DNA of 64,000 bases from Camelus dromedarius. Lineage: Eukaryota. The notes below the pieces were generated by a model. It did no database searches. It saw only the letters and a list, made by a program, of their open reading frames with translations, and had not been told where the DNA came from. Numbering within the stretch: the stretch's first letter is position 1; each line of letters opens with the position of its first letter. The stretch spans positions 11,472,001 to 11,536,000 of the forward strand of contig NC_087437.1 of assembly GCF_036321535.1 (NCBI RefSeq). The letters run 5' to 3'. Positions 13,441 through 27,395 of this stretch are shown piece by piece. The position numbers were made by a program, and so were the translations under genes.

Positions 13441-14253
13441 GGACGGGCAGGGAAGGGATCTGAGGGCAGACAGGCAAACCCACCACCAGGATGGACGAGA
13501 CACCACACAAGGTGCTGAGAGCTCCGCCTGCACAAATAACTGAGAACCAGAACACACTCTGGGCTTGAAGTTTAGAAAATCCATCAGCAGGCGGAAGTGA
13601 GGGAAAGGGTGTGCAGGTAGCAGCAACCGTGGGACCAGAGTACAAGCAGTACTGAGGGAAACAGCAAGTGTTCTGGTCAGGCTCAGAAGGCGGTGTACTT
13701 GGGAGGAGGGTTCAGTGAGGCTGCAAAGAGGGGGCTTGGAAAGTGTGGATCCCAGTCCAAGCACACTGGGCTTCCTCCTGTTCTGAAGGCAACGGGAACT
13801 GAATAGGTCCTGAGCAGAGAGTGGTATGATTCAAACTGTGCATTAGAAATATTACTCTGATAAAAGCTTGAGGGGTTGACAGGAGGGAGACAGCTAGACC
13901 AGGGATCTGTAATTAAGCGTAGACCTCAGGGAATTAATTCACAGCCCTCCTGAGCAAACTGGCAGGAGTCTGTGTAAGATTCAGTTTTCTGAGAGATGGT
14001 CCATCGCTTTCCTTTGGTTTTTGATGGAGCCCATGACCTCTTACCCGATCCAACAATTCTAAGCACCAGAAGCAGGGGAGCGATCTAGAGATCTCCTATA
14101 CTAATTCTTTTAATGAGGATCAAAAACAAAACAGGGGCAGTAGGAATGGAAAGGAGGAAACAGATAAACATTTGTAAGGCACTATCTGAAATAATCTCCA
14201 TGAATGTGAACAGAAATGAAACAAGAGCAAGAGATACTAAAAGTTTTAATTCT

Positions 14254-14371
14254 ATTAAGTGAAGTATAATGTATACAAATACTGAATCACTCTGTTGACC
14301 ACCTGAAACTGATATAAGATTGCAAAGCAACTTTACTTCAATTAAAAAAAAATGCACAGGAAAAAAAAAAG
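14254..14371 (+). mobile_element. Very short L1 3'-end insertion with bipartite A tail
   Basis: ACTGAATCACTCTG...CACCTGAAACT...TACTTCAATT followed by an A run, TGCACAGG and a second A run. TSD TAAAAGTTTTAATTCT (14238-14253) / TAAAAGGTTTAATGCT (14372-14387). Confidence 0.85.
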
Positions 14372-15429
14372 TAAAAGGTTTAATGCTGGGCTACACCTGT
14401 CTACTGTTCCTTTCCTTCACCCTATAAAATGGAGAAAGTAACTCATGTTTCCAAGATACCGTAAGATTTACTGAATTGAAAAGTTCCAAGATAAACGCAT
14501 GGCTTAATGTCACCATTGGCCCGTTCCCATGCTCGTCAAGGAAAATACTAATTCAGCACAAACTTTCCTTACTGCCGAGTCCAATGCCAATCTCTAAACC
14601 CCTTTCAAATAGCACCCCAGGAAGCCACTGCCTTTCTCTAGGGCGACTGTCTTTATTGATTGTATTGACTGTTCTTTGGTTTCATAAGGATGAAGTACCA
14701 ATGAATGGATGCTCTCGCCAGAAGGTAGGTATTGTATATAATTGGGCCCACCCTCTAGATCTTACCCTAGTTCATAAGTCCTCTTAGTGTTAACTCAGAA
14801 CAACTAATACAGATTTGAATTAAGCTGAATTAGGAGGAAAACTGCATACATGAAAACTTATTCTATTATCAAATTATCAGGTTAAGTTTTTAAATCCCCA
14901 CATCACATCATCACAATCCACCATTAGTGACTTCATTGTCTGGCAAAGTCTTAACTTCAGTCACAGGCAAGCTAGATGTACAGTGTCACCATGAGCCATC
15001 TTTTAGTCAGAGTATGATGATTCTTGGGTTGGTATTTGAATGCCACCATGGTCGCTTTCTGACTTAGGGTGCTTTCCATGTGACATTTGAAAAGAAGTGT
15101 CATTATCAGAGTTGCTCCCTATACAGGATCATAATACAGACAAATTCAGATAAGCCAAGTTTTGTTCTACTTGTTGTTTTGATCAGCAAGAAGATAACTG
15201 CTGTCCATAACAATACAAAGATTTTCCATTCACCTCAACCCCAGACCCCCAAAGTTTGATCTGTTCAATTCCAGAGAAACAACTTTTGAAAAATTGTCTG
15301 TATTCAAAAATACTCCCAGAAAGAAGAAAAAGAAATCTCTAAGGTAAAAAAAATTCCCAGCAGTAATTATTTGACCAAGACCCACAATAAGAAGTTTGTT
15401 TTAGTCCATAACACATGTCCATATATTTA

Positions 15430-15640
15430 GATGTGTGTATGTGTATCTAACTAAAACAAAATTCCATAAGACATTATTCTCGCTCACGTGACGTACTCGG
15501 ATATTTTCCATTCCATTCAACACTATTGTATTCTATTCTTTTTTATATACTCTTCCATTAAAAAAAAGGTTAGTAATAACCTGCTAAATTGATTTTATTA
15601 CCCACTAATAGGGCCCAAGCCACAGTTTGAAAAGCGCTCC
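15430..15640. mobile_element. hAT-Charlie terminal fragment (second copy at ~22090-22255)
   Basis: CTAAATTGATTTTATTACCCACTAATAGG..CAGTTTGAAAAGCGCT; the related copy reads AAATGATTTCACGGGCCATTAAC..ACTTTGAAAAACGTG. Confidence 0.55.
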
Positions 15641-15923
15641 AGTAGCAAAATAGCTAAAGTACTCGGACTTTATTCACCAACGTAAACATATCCACAAAAG
15701 ACCAATCTTGAGCAATTTAGCAGAGAGAAAAATCTATTGGCTCTCTCTCTAGTATCCTGGATGAAGCCAAGGTTTGCTGAGCCAACCTTTGTACTTCGTG
15801 GTTGACAATGACCGAACACTGAAAGGCAGAGATCAAATCCTCAGTCTCCTTCTCAACATAGCTCTTCCGCTGGGTAATTTATACCGTGCAAGTATCAAGC
15901 TATTCAGTTCTGCTGTCACTTAC

Positions 15924-16059
15924 TGTTCTTTTTCCAACAGCAATGGAAACACAGGATCGGTTTACTGTCTTCTCTCTTTGGTAGAATTAGATTATTCTCT
16001 CTCCTGCCCCTTTGAACAAAGATTGCATTCATCCCTCCAGAGAACCACCCCCGGGGGAT
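15924..16059 (-). other. Candidate exon of an unidentified minus-strand transcript
   Basis: Acceptor TTCCCTGCCATGCTTTGTTTGCAG|ATCCCC and consensus donor AACA|GTAAGT; 136 nt in unique sequence; no recognisable protein. Confidence 0.25.
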
Positions 16060-16869
16060 CTGCAAACAAAGCATGGCAGGGAAACCGCTACCCACAAGGA
16101 GCAATAGCAGAGGATGTCCGTCCGGATTACAGACCAGAGCGAACTTCGTAATGATTCCTTTGACTGAGTGCGTACAGTTGGAAATTGGAGCAACATAATT
16201 AACTGGAAAAACAAACGTTTAAAGGCTTTATAGCGCCAAAGTCAATGGTACCTACCCAAACAAGGTTACTTACTAAAAAATTAAAACTTTTCCCTCTCTC
16301 TAAAAGGAAAAATAAAATGAACAGATGGTACAGAATCATCCTATCAGAGTATCTTTGGAGGCTTTCTTGTGAGTACTCTGGTACTGGAATATTCTTTCTT
16401 ACCTGTGACTTTGTGACATTCACCCACGTTACTGTGTACACTTCCCCACGCCTCTACTCGCCCAACTAGTAAAACATTAGTGAGTGTATCATTCACGTTC
16501 TTTTATTCAGCATCTCTTCTTCCCAGAATTTATCTTACATAAATGATGATAGCTATATCCAAAGCCTCCTCAGTGACAAAGATGCTCCTGGGGTGGTATC
16601 CATGGTGGCAAAGGGCTCAGAGGATGGACAACTAATTGCTAAAAGTCATCATCTTTGGGTGGCTAGGTTATTGTGATGTTCATTTTATTCTGTATACTTA
16701 CCCATATTTTCCCAAAACAAAAATAAGACAAAGGAACTGAAAGGAACACAGCTGTGCTTGTACTTGCTACTGAGACACTGGGGAACCTCCAGGTAGATTT
16801 CCACCAGGCCAAAGGCTGCCCAAGTGTGATCACGCCCTGAGACACACTTTAGGGATCTCTAGGGTCTAT

Positions 16870-17025
16870 GTCAGGTTCCTCAATGGTAAAATGGGGACAG
16901 TAATAATACCTAATTCACAGAGCTGTGAGAGGATTAAGTTAAAGTAATTAAATACTGAAATGTGTAAAGCGTTTAAAACAGAACCTGGCATGTATAAGCA
17001 TGATGTAAGTGTCACTGTTATTTTT
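16870..17025 (+). mobile_element. MIR SINE
   Basis: TTCCTCAATGGTAAAATGGGGACAGTAATAATACCT..GTGAGAGGATTAAG..TGTAAAGCGTTTAAAACAGAACCTGGCA. Confidence 0.85.
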
Positions 17026-17164
17026 ACGCTGACCCAGGAAATTGGAAGATATTTACCTAGCTCTATACTGAACCCAGTGCAAAGGCCCAGGAAAAGGTGG
17101 GTTTGTTCCAAGGGCCCTCAAAGTAAAGCTCTGCATTTGGAGAATCAAAATGGAGCATAAAGTA

Positions 17165-17310
17165 ACTTTGGGGGTAACGGATCTGCCCACTATGTAGATG
17201 GTGGTGCTGTTTCAACAGTGTATATGTATGTCAAAATTTACCAAGTCGAGTATTTTAAATACATTTAGTTAATCTTATATCAAGGACACCTCAATAAGGC
17301 TGTTTAAAAA
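17165..17310 (+). mobile_element. Old L1 (L1MC/MD-like) 3'-end fragment
   Basis: Typical old-L1 terminus ...TATGTCAAAATTTACCAAG...TTATATCAAGGACACCTCAATAAGGCTGTTTAAAAA. Confidence 0.65.
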
Positions 17311-20300
17311 TGAAGATGAAATGAAACCTTTTCAGACAAGCGATGATAAGAGAATTTTCACCAGCAGATCAACACTAAAAGAATATTAAAGAGCTGTACT
17401 TCAGGTGGAAGGAAGAAGATCCAGACCGGAACTTGGAAACACAGAAAGGAATGATGAGCAACTGAAGTGATAAATACGTAGCAAGTCTAAACAAATATTA
17501 ACTGTTCAAAACAATAATTGTAATGTCATGTAGTTTTAAAGTGTATGTAAATTTGAAATGTAAGCAATAATAAAAGGGTAGGAGTAGTAAATAGAATTAG
17601 AATGCTCTAAGTCTGTTGCATTTTCTGGAAAGTAGTCAAAATCCTAATTTGTATAATATTCTAATAAATTAATGGTACAATTTTAATTTCAGGGTAAGCA
17701 TTAAAAGACAGTAAAAGAATATATGACTAAAAACGCAATTAAGCAAAGTACTTCATTAATTCAAAATAAGGAAACAAAGAAGAAGAAAAGAAACACTGAA
17801 CAGTTGGGGCAAATAAAAAATCAAATAGCAATATCATAGATTATAATCCAAATAATAATAGTAATTGCATAAAATATAAGTAGACTAAACACTAATGTAG
17901 TTGCACTCATTTTTTTTTTAAATCCCAGTTAAGCGTTGCTTAAATGAGACACATTTTGGATATAAGAACACCAAATTTGAAAGAATAATAGGATTGGAAA
18001 AAATACATATAAATTATATTAATATCAGACACAGTGAACTTAATGATAAGAGATATTGCAAGAGGTAAAAAGGGATATTTCATAATGACAGAAGAATCAA
18101 TCCATAGGAAGACGTAACAATTCTAAATCTGAAGGTACCTAATAACATAGTTCCCAAATACATGAAGTCATCATTGTTACAACTAAAAAAAAGAAGTAAA
18201 CACATCCACTGTCAGTGTGGGGGATTTTGATGAACCTCCCTCAGTAACTAGCAGAACAGTTAACTGAGTTAGTATTTAGATCTGGATAACGTGATTAACA
18301 AATGTGACTTACTCTATTTAGAACATTGTGGCCAACAGCTACAGAATATACAGATGGCACACCGGCCATTCACCAAAATTTACCATGTCCTGGGCAACAA
18401 ATAAATATGGAAAAATTTCGAAGATCAAAAATCATATATAATATGTTCTCCAACCACAGTGGAATTAAGCTAGAAATCAATAATAAAATAGTAACCAAAA
18501 AATACACAAACGTTTGAAGTTAAGCAATATATTTTTAATTACCCCATGTGTTAAGGTCAAAGCACAATGAAAATTAGACAATATTATGAACTGAAATGTG
18601 AAGAAAACGTGGCATAGCAAAAGGTGTGAAATGCAGGTAAAAGTGTGATGAGAGGGAAATTTATGTAAGTAAATGAATCTGTCACCTAAGTATCTATCTC
18701 AAGAAGTCCTAAAAATAACATCAAATTAAAGTCAACTAAAGTGGAAAGAAGAAAATAGTAATTAGAAGTTAATGATGTAGAAAACACAGAGTTGAAGGAA
18801 ATAACCCAAGATGAAAGTTTCTTCTTGGAAAATAGTAATAAAATCTATAAGCCTCTAGCCAGATTAATCAAGAAAGGCAAAGAGGAGTCAAAAGTTACAA
18901 ATATGGAATGAAAAAGGGAAATTATAGATTCTACAGACACTAAAAAGATAAGAGGATTTTTAAACACTTTATGGCCGTACTTGAAGATGTTGATGAAATG
19001 GTTTAACCCACCCAAAAATATTTACCAAAATAGGAAAAAATAATACAAATGTGAATAGTCCTATATCCATTAAAAAACTGATTTTGTACTTAAAAATGTC
19101 CTCATAAAATATTCTCCAGGGCTAAACTGCTTTACTGGTGAGTTTCATCAAACACTTAGGGGAGAATCACACCAGTCTCACATTGTTCTTTCAGAATATA
19201 GGAAAAAAGGGATCATGTCATAACTCATTACATGAAATTTTATGAGGCCAGCGTCACCTTGTTCCCATAATTGAACAAGACATTACAAGAACAGAAAATT
19301 ACAAACTAAAATCCTTTATGAACTTAGGAGAAAAATTCTAAACAAAGTATTAACAAACTGAGTCCTGAGACATTTTCAAAAGGATAACACATTATGAGAA
19401 AGAGGGATTTATTCTAAAAATAGAGGGTCGGTTTAATATTGGAAAATTAATCAATGTAAAGCATCCTACTAACAGAAAAATGAGAAAAAAAGCACATAAT
19501 TATTTCAATGGATGCAGAAAAAACATTTGATATTCAAATCTCTTTACTGTAAAAATTCTTAGCAAACTGGAATTGGAAGTAAACTTTCTCAGTCTGATAA
19601 AACCTACAACAAATATTATATGATGAATATTGAAAACTTCCCTCTTAGATTAGGAAAAATTCAAGGTTACCTCTATAACCATCTATATTTAATACCATAT
19701 CAGAGGTCCTAGCCACTGATATAAGAAAAAAAGACTGAAAAAAAAAGAAATAAACTCATATTTATTCCCCAACATCATAACTGTATAGAGAAAAGCTAAA
19801 ATAATCTACACAGAAATTATTAAAACTAGTAAGTGAATTTAGCTAGGTCACTGTATATATAAGATAAGCATACAAAATTCAATTGAAATGCTATATACCA
19901 ATAATAAACAGTCAGGAAATAAAATTTACTAAATTATAACACTTTTTTAGCATAAAAATATAAAATACCTTAAAAAGAAATCTAAAAAATGGTATGTAAG
20001 ACCTTTACACAGGAAACCACTTAATCTTACTAAAAATAAAGTGGAAGGCAAGGATATATGATTACAGATTGGAAGAACCAATATTGTAAAGATGTCAATC
20101 CTTCCCAAATTATTATAGATTCAATATAATCCCTACCAAAATTGCACAAGTATTTTTTAGTGGAAGTTAGTAAACTGATTCTGAAATCTACGTGGAAAGC
20201 AATGAATCAAGAATAGTTAAGGCAACACTGAAGAAGAACATGAGTGGATGCTGCACCACCAGTTAAAGTAGTATAAATCAACATTAATTAATAGTGTAAG

Positions 20301-21570
20301 CCATTGATACAAGGATAAACAAATAGATCAAGAGAACTCAACAGAGAGTCCAGAAACAAACCATCCCATATACTATCATTGATCATAAAAGGTGACACTG
20401 CTTTGCAGTGAGAAAAAGGGTAGAATTTTGAGTAAATGGTGGTGGGTCAACTTCACATGATTCAGAAAAATCATTCCAGACGGAGAGTTGGTCTAAATGT
20501 AAAAGGCAGTGTAGGTGAATATGTTAATGATTTTAGGGTAAGCAAAGCTTTCCTTAAACAGAACACAAGGAGCACTAACAATAAAGGAAAAAGAAAATAA
20601 AGGAAAGAAGAAACAAACAAAAAAGGAAATATATAGCAATAAAGAAAAAGTTAAAAATTACGTTAAATTAGGAATTTCTGTTCACCATTATGAGTGAAAA
20701 GTACAAAATAATATTTGCAATATACATGGCTGACAAAGGAATAATTTCAGAATATATATATAGAACTCCTCTAAAGCAATAAGAAAAAGACAATAACCAA
20801 ATTAAAAATGTCCAAAAGACTTGGATAACCTCACATGAGAGAATATTTATGTGCAAACAAACATATATAAAAGAGCTCAATCTCATTATTTATCAGGTAG
20901 ATGCAAATTAAAAACACAAGGAGTTAGCTGTACACACCCACACCACCCCCAGATAGCTAATGTGAAAAATACTGCCAATACCTAGTGTTGGAGAAGATAC
21001 GGAGAAACTGAACTCTCATATACTGCTCCTGGGAGTATAAACAATGACTGTTCATAGTATCTCTTGAAGTTGAATACACACACACAAACACACACACACA
21101 CACACACACGTATGTATATATTTAGGAATCAGCAATTTCATCTTCAAATCCATCAGAAATTTGTTTTCATGTTCTCCCAAAGACCTGAACAAAAATTCCA
21201 TAGCTGCACTTTTTAATCATTAGCCAAAGCTGGAAACAATTAAAATATTCATCATCAGTAGAATGGATATATGCATACAATGGAATATAAGTCAACAGTG
21301 ATGGAAAAGTGATGAAAAAGTCTCACAAACACAATATTGAGAAAATTAAGTCAGACACAAGACGTACATTCTACATGAGCCCTTTATATAAAGTTCAAAA
21401 CGAAGCAAAATTAATCTGTAGTTTTAGAACTCAGGAGAGTTCAGTCTTTTGGGGGAGACACTGAAGGGGGCATGAGGAGATCTCTTTCCTGTCAGTGTTT
21501 CATTTCCTGATCTAAATGAGTGTTTGTTTATGCTTGGTGAAAATTTTATCAAGCTGTGTACTAATGACTT
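17311..21570 (+). mobile_element. Ancient decayed L1 (L1M-type), ~4.2 kb: ORF1 end, ORF2 endonuclease/RT, 3'UTR
   Basis: Strong A-richness on +. Endonuclease SDH-type motif (MFSNHSGIKLEINNK in ORF 18326-18517), RT-region DNA (GGATGCAGAAAAAACATTTGAT), ORF2 C-terminal and old 3'UTR motifs. Many stops and frameshifts. Confidence 0.92.
21076..21110. repeat. (CA)n microsatellite
   Basis: Visible directly, inside the old L1. Confidence 0.9.
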
Positions 21571-24500
21571 GTAGACATAGCAACCGTCTTAGTTAGTAAC
21601 CACCATTTTTAATGGAGCAGATGTCTGTGTTTTACTGGAATGTTTTAATGGAATGGATGTATGTTTTGCCTCAAAAAATGAATTTATTTATAAAACTTTA
21701 AGAAATATCACATACTTCCCAGTTAGCATTCATAAGAACATGGACAACCATGGTAAGGAACTGTCACAGGACTAAGGTACCCATCAGGGTGAATTTCAGA
21801 CATCTTCTAGAGTGTAGAGGGGATGCTATCATTTACATGGGGCAGAGGAGGGAGGAAGGCTGAAAGAAACAGCCTTAAATTACTAGCGTTTTATGTAAAG
21901 AGGTTGTTTAGCATGTTTTCATTTTTCTCGTTGTGAAGAATAGCAAAAACTTTTTTTTTCTTGTGCACTGTCATAGGAGATGAGCAGTAAAAATTGTATA
22001 ATGTTTCCTCTCTTCCCATTGGCTTCTAGAAAACTCAGCCCTAAATGTGTGCATACCTGCAGGTCAGTAAGAAATACATTTTATATTATCACCCGATATA
22101 CAAACACACACATAAATTTGAAACATACATTTTAGTAAATAATACTTTTACTTGGTGCAATGCTCTCCGATTCTTTCTATTAAATTAAAATGATGGTCAC
22201 TCAAATGATTTCACGGGCCATTAACGTCTTGCAACTAACTTTGAAAAACGTGTTCCAGAGCCCTGGCAAATATCAGGCACTCCGTAAAAAGTTATTGAAT
22301 GTATAATGGTATATATATGCATATTAACCTAATCTCCAGATCATTATTAGTATCTATCTTTGCTTTCCTTTGCTTCTTGCTTTTTCTTTTCCTTCCTTTT
22401 CTAATTTATGTTAACTTATTATAGTACCTGTATCTTTATAAGCTGTCATAATCTTATCCAAAACAAACCTTCAAGAAATGCTTTCAAAGTCACATGATAA
22501 ATCAGCCAGCGCAGAGCCAGGAGAGAAAAGGTCCTCCCAAGGTCTACGAGAGACACTTCCTGTCCCACCACCGTAACAGTGTCTGCAGCACTAGAGCAGA
22601 TGGCTACAGCAACCGAGTGACGGGAGCTCACCTCTAACCTCACCAGGAACAATGTACACTCCTGCTTTCCATGAAGTTCTCTTGCATTTCCGATAGCTGG
22701 GAGAGAGCGAGCCAGCTCATTCTGAGAAACACAAAGACACTTTGTGAAAGAGGAATAAAGGGTTCTACAATTGACAATGAAGAACGGTGTGAGCATCTCC
22801 GTGCATCTCTGTGATAAAGGCGTTCATGGTGTTGAGTTTCCTTTATCTCTCCTTTCAGGGTGTAAAGTCTTTCTCAGGTCATTGAAATGGTGTGTCTACA
22901 AAAGAACTAGCAAACATGTTGGAAGGAACCAGTCCAGGCATGTGAGAATAAACCTTATCTTTCTAACACAGGAACAAATTTCACCTGAATGAAACTTTTA
23001 TTTTAAAACATTCTCTCAGGTCCTATCGGACAAAATTTCCCCTAGAAAAGGTTCTTGGATCACTTTTGGGCAAGCTGCCATCCCGGCTTATCTTCCATGT
23101 CCAAAGAAAGGAAAACATGTTTTGGGCCAAACACCATGGTCCAGTTTGGTGATGCTGTTTTTGTGAGGATAAGGTTGTAGGCTAAAGAGGGATGTAAACA
23201 TGACTGGTCATTCCTTTAGCAAAAAAGGATCACGATGGATCAGTTCTTTCCTGGGACGTGTAGCCTAGCTAGGCTGTGTTTCTGCTTTAGCTCCAAGAGA
23301 TCACGGATGCTCCCAAGGAAATAACCAAAAATGCAGACCAAGATTTGAATGCACAGACATCTACACAGTATTTGCCTTAGTAGCATGAAATCAGAAGCAG
23401 TCTATAAGTTCCAAACTGGAGGGAACACTTTTAGAAAGGAATTGTGCAGTCATTAAAACTAATACTTACAAATCACAATGTGAGAAATAACCACAACGAA
23501 ATGTTAAATGTAAAAAAACGGGATGAAAACCTATATATATACAAAATACGAATTCAACCATTTTTAAGCACATATATATTATATTTGCATAGAAAAAGGG
23601 TGGGAAGAAACACTCCAAAACGTTAAGAGGAGCTACAAACACTGGCTAGTGAAATCAAAAGTGAATATTAAATATCTTTTTTATTCTTTTCTTTTTTCCC
23701 CTCCAAATTTCCACTGTAGGCAGGGATTGATTTTAGAAAAAGGCTATTGTACAAAATGTAATGATGTACTTCTTTATAAATTCTAGTTTGTTCATTCACT
23801 GATTTATAGATATCTGGAAACTTTATCCTTTTTTTTTAATGACAACTTTAGGAGTTAAGTTTCTAACTTTACACGGAGAATAAGAAGATTGGGTGCATTA
23901 CTGAATCTTATGCAAAGAAATTTTATGCAAAGAAAAGGAAAAGTGAAACTTGGGTTCTTACCCTCTAAACATATTTGCATGAAGGACGACCAACTTAAAA
24001 AAAATCCCTGTTTCTCTAATACAGATATTTTTCATGTGGGTTCTGCGGACTCATGTAACACTGTAGCTTATAAATAATGTTAAAGGCTTAGATGACCTAT
24101 CTGAAAGCCCACACGCTTAATGTGAATGTCACCCATGCTCATGAGTCCCTTTGGCATAATTCCCCCGTCCTACAGCAACTAGTGTCGTCCAGCTGGCTAC
24201 AGACAAAAGTGAGCAACAGAGTAATCTCTGCAGCTACTTGAAAAGGAAATGAAGGTGGTACAAGGAGGCTGCCGGTCTCAGGCTGGAACCATAGGAGAGT
24301 CACAGTTCAGTTAGTAGTCATAGCAGGTCAGGATGGTTCACCACCGATGGCTGACTGGTTCACCGGCAGATTCAGGGAGGAAAAAACTAGGTGAATCTGT
24401 TCTATCAGTCATTTCTCTGACTTTGTCTATTTGACAGGTATTTCCACATGGGGTAAAAGAAAACTCTTAAGACCTTGCTACTAGCAAGCCACCTAACTGA

Positions 24501-24764
24501 TTAAGAAATTTTTTTAATCCCTTAATTTAAGTAAAACAAAATCTAAAAAAGCAAGTCCATAACGCAAATTATAAACACTGAGACTTTGGTGACAAAGATA
24601 CCTCAATCTCTTGCTAAACTCTGCTAGATTTTGGAAAACAATTCCTTAGCATTGTGGATGGGTACACGACCTGTAGTTTGGCAGCCTTATGCCCTACCCT
24701 CTGTTAAGGTTTCTAAATAAAGAATCTTTATTTTTAATTACCAAAAGGTTCACTGTATTTGCTT

Positions 24765-24856
24765 TTTCTTTCCTAATGGAAGTGTAGTCAATTTACAATG
24801 TTAGTTTCAGGTGTACAGCAAAGCGATTCAGTCACACGTATACATACAAATATATC
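24765..24856 (-). mobile_element. Short L1 3'-end fragment
   Basis: GAAGTGTAGTCAATTTACAATGTTAGTTTCAGGTGTACAGCAAAGCGATTCAGT is the reverse complement of the L1 terminus seen in the other copies. Confidence 0.8.
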
Positions 24857-25394
24857 TTAAAGGAACTTCAAGCGTCATCACAAATTGCATAAAAACTCAT
24901 CTATTTTGGGAAAACATGAGGCATAGAGAGTCACTAGGACCTACCCACTGGGTCTTCTGGTCTATCATGGGAAGGCAAACTTTTCAGCACCTCGGGACCT
25001 TCTCCAGTCCTCAGGCTGAGACACTTACTACTGACTTTGAAACAGACGCTTGGGCCATTGAGAGAAAAGGGAGGTTGGATGCAAGAGAAGAGGGGGGCCA
25101 CACTTGTGTTCCGTCTGGTTTTCTGCTCTCAGGGAAGGGGTTTCAGTGTCAACCTGTGAGTAAAAGTGCAGAAAGCCAAATTTGCAGGTTTGATAAGAAC
25201 TTTGGGTTTGGAAACAAGATTACGAATGATCGCCTGAGACTGTGAAGACTTTCCTGAGCAATCCCACATCCCCAGGCCCACCCCAGGCAGCGCCAGGCCT
25301 GGAAGCTCTGGCTGGTTCTCAGTGACTCTAAAGGGAAGAGCTCACAGAAGGCTCAGAATCTAAGGGTGAAGCGTTTCTCCATAAGTCCTCACTG

Positions 25395-26100
25395 GCAGAA
25401 ATAAATCCATGAATACATCAATAGGAGAGAAATGAACGTTCTTTCTCAGAGTAGAATGCCAGCCAATAAACACAGAAGGAACAATGCAGTCAGAAAACCA
25501 TCAATGGATGTTAAAACTAGTGGGTAAAAATCTGTGGAGGAAAATGGTCTTTTTATAGTTTCAAGGTACTTCCTCCGAAATAACATACTAATTACAAAGA
25601 GGAAAGCAGTAACCCTGCAGGGGGAAGACCTCACAGACGGCACTTTAAGGGATCAAAACTAACATTAGCACTCGTGGAACAAACTGACATCGTGTGTCCT
25701 GAGAAGCATGCAAGCTCACTACTGCGGTTTTCCTTCCAAAAAAGGCACCGCCTGAATCTAATATAGAGGAAATATCAGAAATCCAATTCTACAAAAGAAC
25801 TGGCCAGGAACCTCCGAAAACATCAAGGTCAAGAAACTACAAAGAAAGTCTGAGGAGCTGTTTCAGAAGAAGGAGACTTGACAACTCAATGCAACAGGAT
25901 ATTGTGGAACAAATCCCGACGGGGAAAAAATTGCTACCCAGAACATTCTTGGACAATTGACAAAATTTGAATGCAGAATGTAGATTAGCTAATAGTATCA
26001 TATCGAAGCTGAATTTCCTGGGTTTGATAACCATACTGTGGTTATGTCCGGGATTGTCCCTGTTCTCAGGAAATGCATGCTGAAGCATTTAGGGGTGAGG
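25395..26100 (+). mobile_element. Old L1 3'UTR (L1MC/L1MD-like)
   Basis: Motifs AAAACTAGTGGG, ACTAATTACAAAGAGGAAAGCAGTAAC, AATTTCCTGGGTTTGATAACCATACTGTGGTTATG resemble recalled L1MC/MD 3'UTR consensus. Confidence 0.75.
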
Positions 26101-26261
26101 GCGAAAAAGACAGCAAGCTGGAGAATAGAGATTTGATGATACAAAACCAGCGTTTTCTCCAGCCTGGAATTCTTCCCCAGCCCTGCGAGAGCTAGGGCCC
26201 CCTGGGGGAGGTCATCTGGGGGGTGATGCTCAGAACACTCGGCTGGAGGAAGAAAGGAGGT

Positions 26262-26638
26262 ACACACCCTGCATAACACACACTACACATACCACACACA
26301 CACACTCCAACACAGACACACACTCCAACACACACACACTCCAAACACACACACATATACACACACACCACAATACACTACACACACCACACACAACACA
26401 CTCCAACACACATACACACACCTCACATACACCCTGCATATACACCACACACACACTCCAACACACACACACATACGACACACACACCACACATACGACA
26501 CACACCACACACATGGACCACATACACACACCACAGACACACATACTCCAAATGCACACACCACACACACTCTACACATACCACACACTCACCATACACA
26601 ACACACATACACACACCACACACACACACACACACACA
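26262..26638. repeat. Compound (CA)-rich minisatellite/microsatellite
   Basis: ~375 bp of CA runs with recurring units CACACTCCAA, CACCACAC and CATACGACA. It produces the spurious C/V-rich ORFs. Confidence 0.95.
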
Positions 26639-27395
26639 GACCCCAGGGACAGCTTGGGGATTTGGGAGAGTTTCTGTAACCTCAGGAATGTTAATGTCTA
26701 CAGGAGCTTGGTTTATCCTGGAAACTCCTCTGCCGTAGCTTTGTCATGGTATTGCTGCTTTCTGGGATGAGGGGAGGGCTGATGTTTCTCATAAATTCCT
26801 TTTATCTGTTTGCTTGTTTGTATCTGATACTTGGCTTGAAGGTGTCGTTCTGGTGACACCTGTCCCCAGGGTTTGTGACGGTGAAGGGCTGCTGTTCCCA
26901 GCTCCTCCCACGCCACGTGCCCCCCAGTTCTCTCTCACTCAGCCGACCCCCTTTGGCCTTGTCGAGAGGGCTTGTTTAGAACAGGTTGCCGGTGCTGGCA
27001 CAGTTTGCAGCGTGCATGTGACTCCTTCTCTAAACGACGCCTTAGGAAATGAAAATATTCCTCCTGATCACGGCCACCTCCAGGTGAACCAGTCGGAGGA
27101 GCGGGGCTGCGGCCAGGAAGAAAACCAGGACTGGAAACTTAATCCACTTGGAATTCCAGACACATAACCGTCAGCCTTATTTTAGACAATAATTTAAATA
27201 CCAGTTAATCTAGACTACAGAGGGATCTTGCTAAAATCCAGATTCTGACTCAGTCCGTCTACGTGGAGCCCGAGGGCTTGCATTTCTAATAAGGACATGC
27301 CTGCGCTGCCAGCCTGCTTCTCAGAGACCAGGGTCTTACTAGCACTGTTTTAGCAACTTCTGCCAGAGCAGTGAAGTTTTCTTAGGCCAATTCTT

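Noticed and set aside
12899..13645. Longest ORF in the track (248 aa, minus)
   Set aside because: Overlaps an LTR-like repeat, has no recognisable domain, and starts at a non-ATG codon.
26230..26635. Cys/Val-rich ORFs
   Set aside because: Translation artefacts of the (CA/TG) array.
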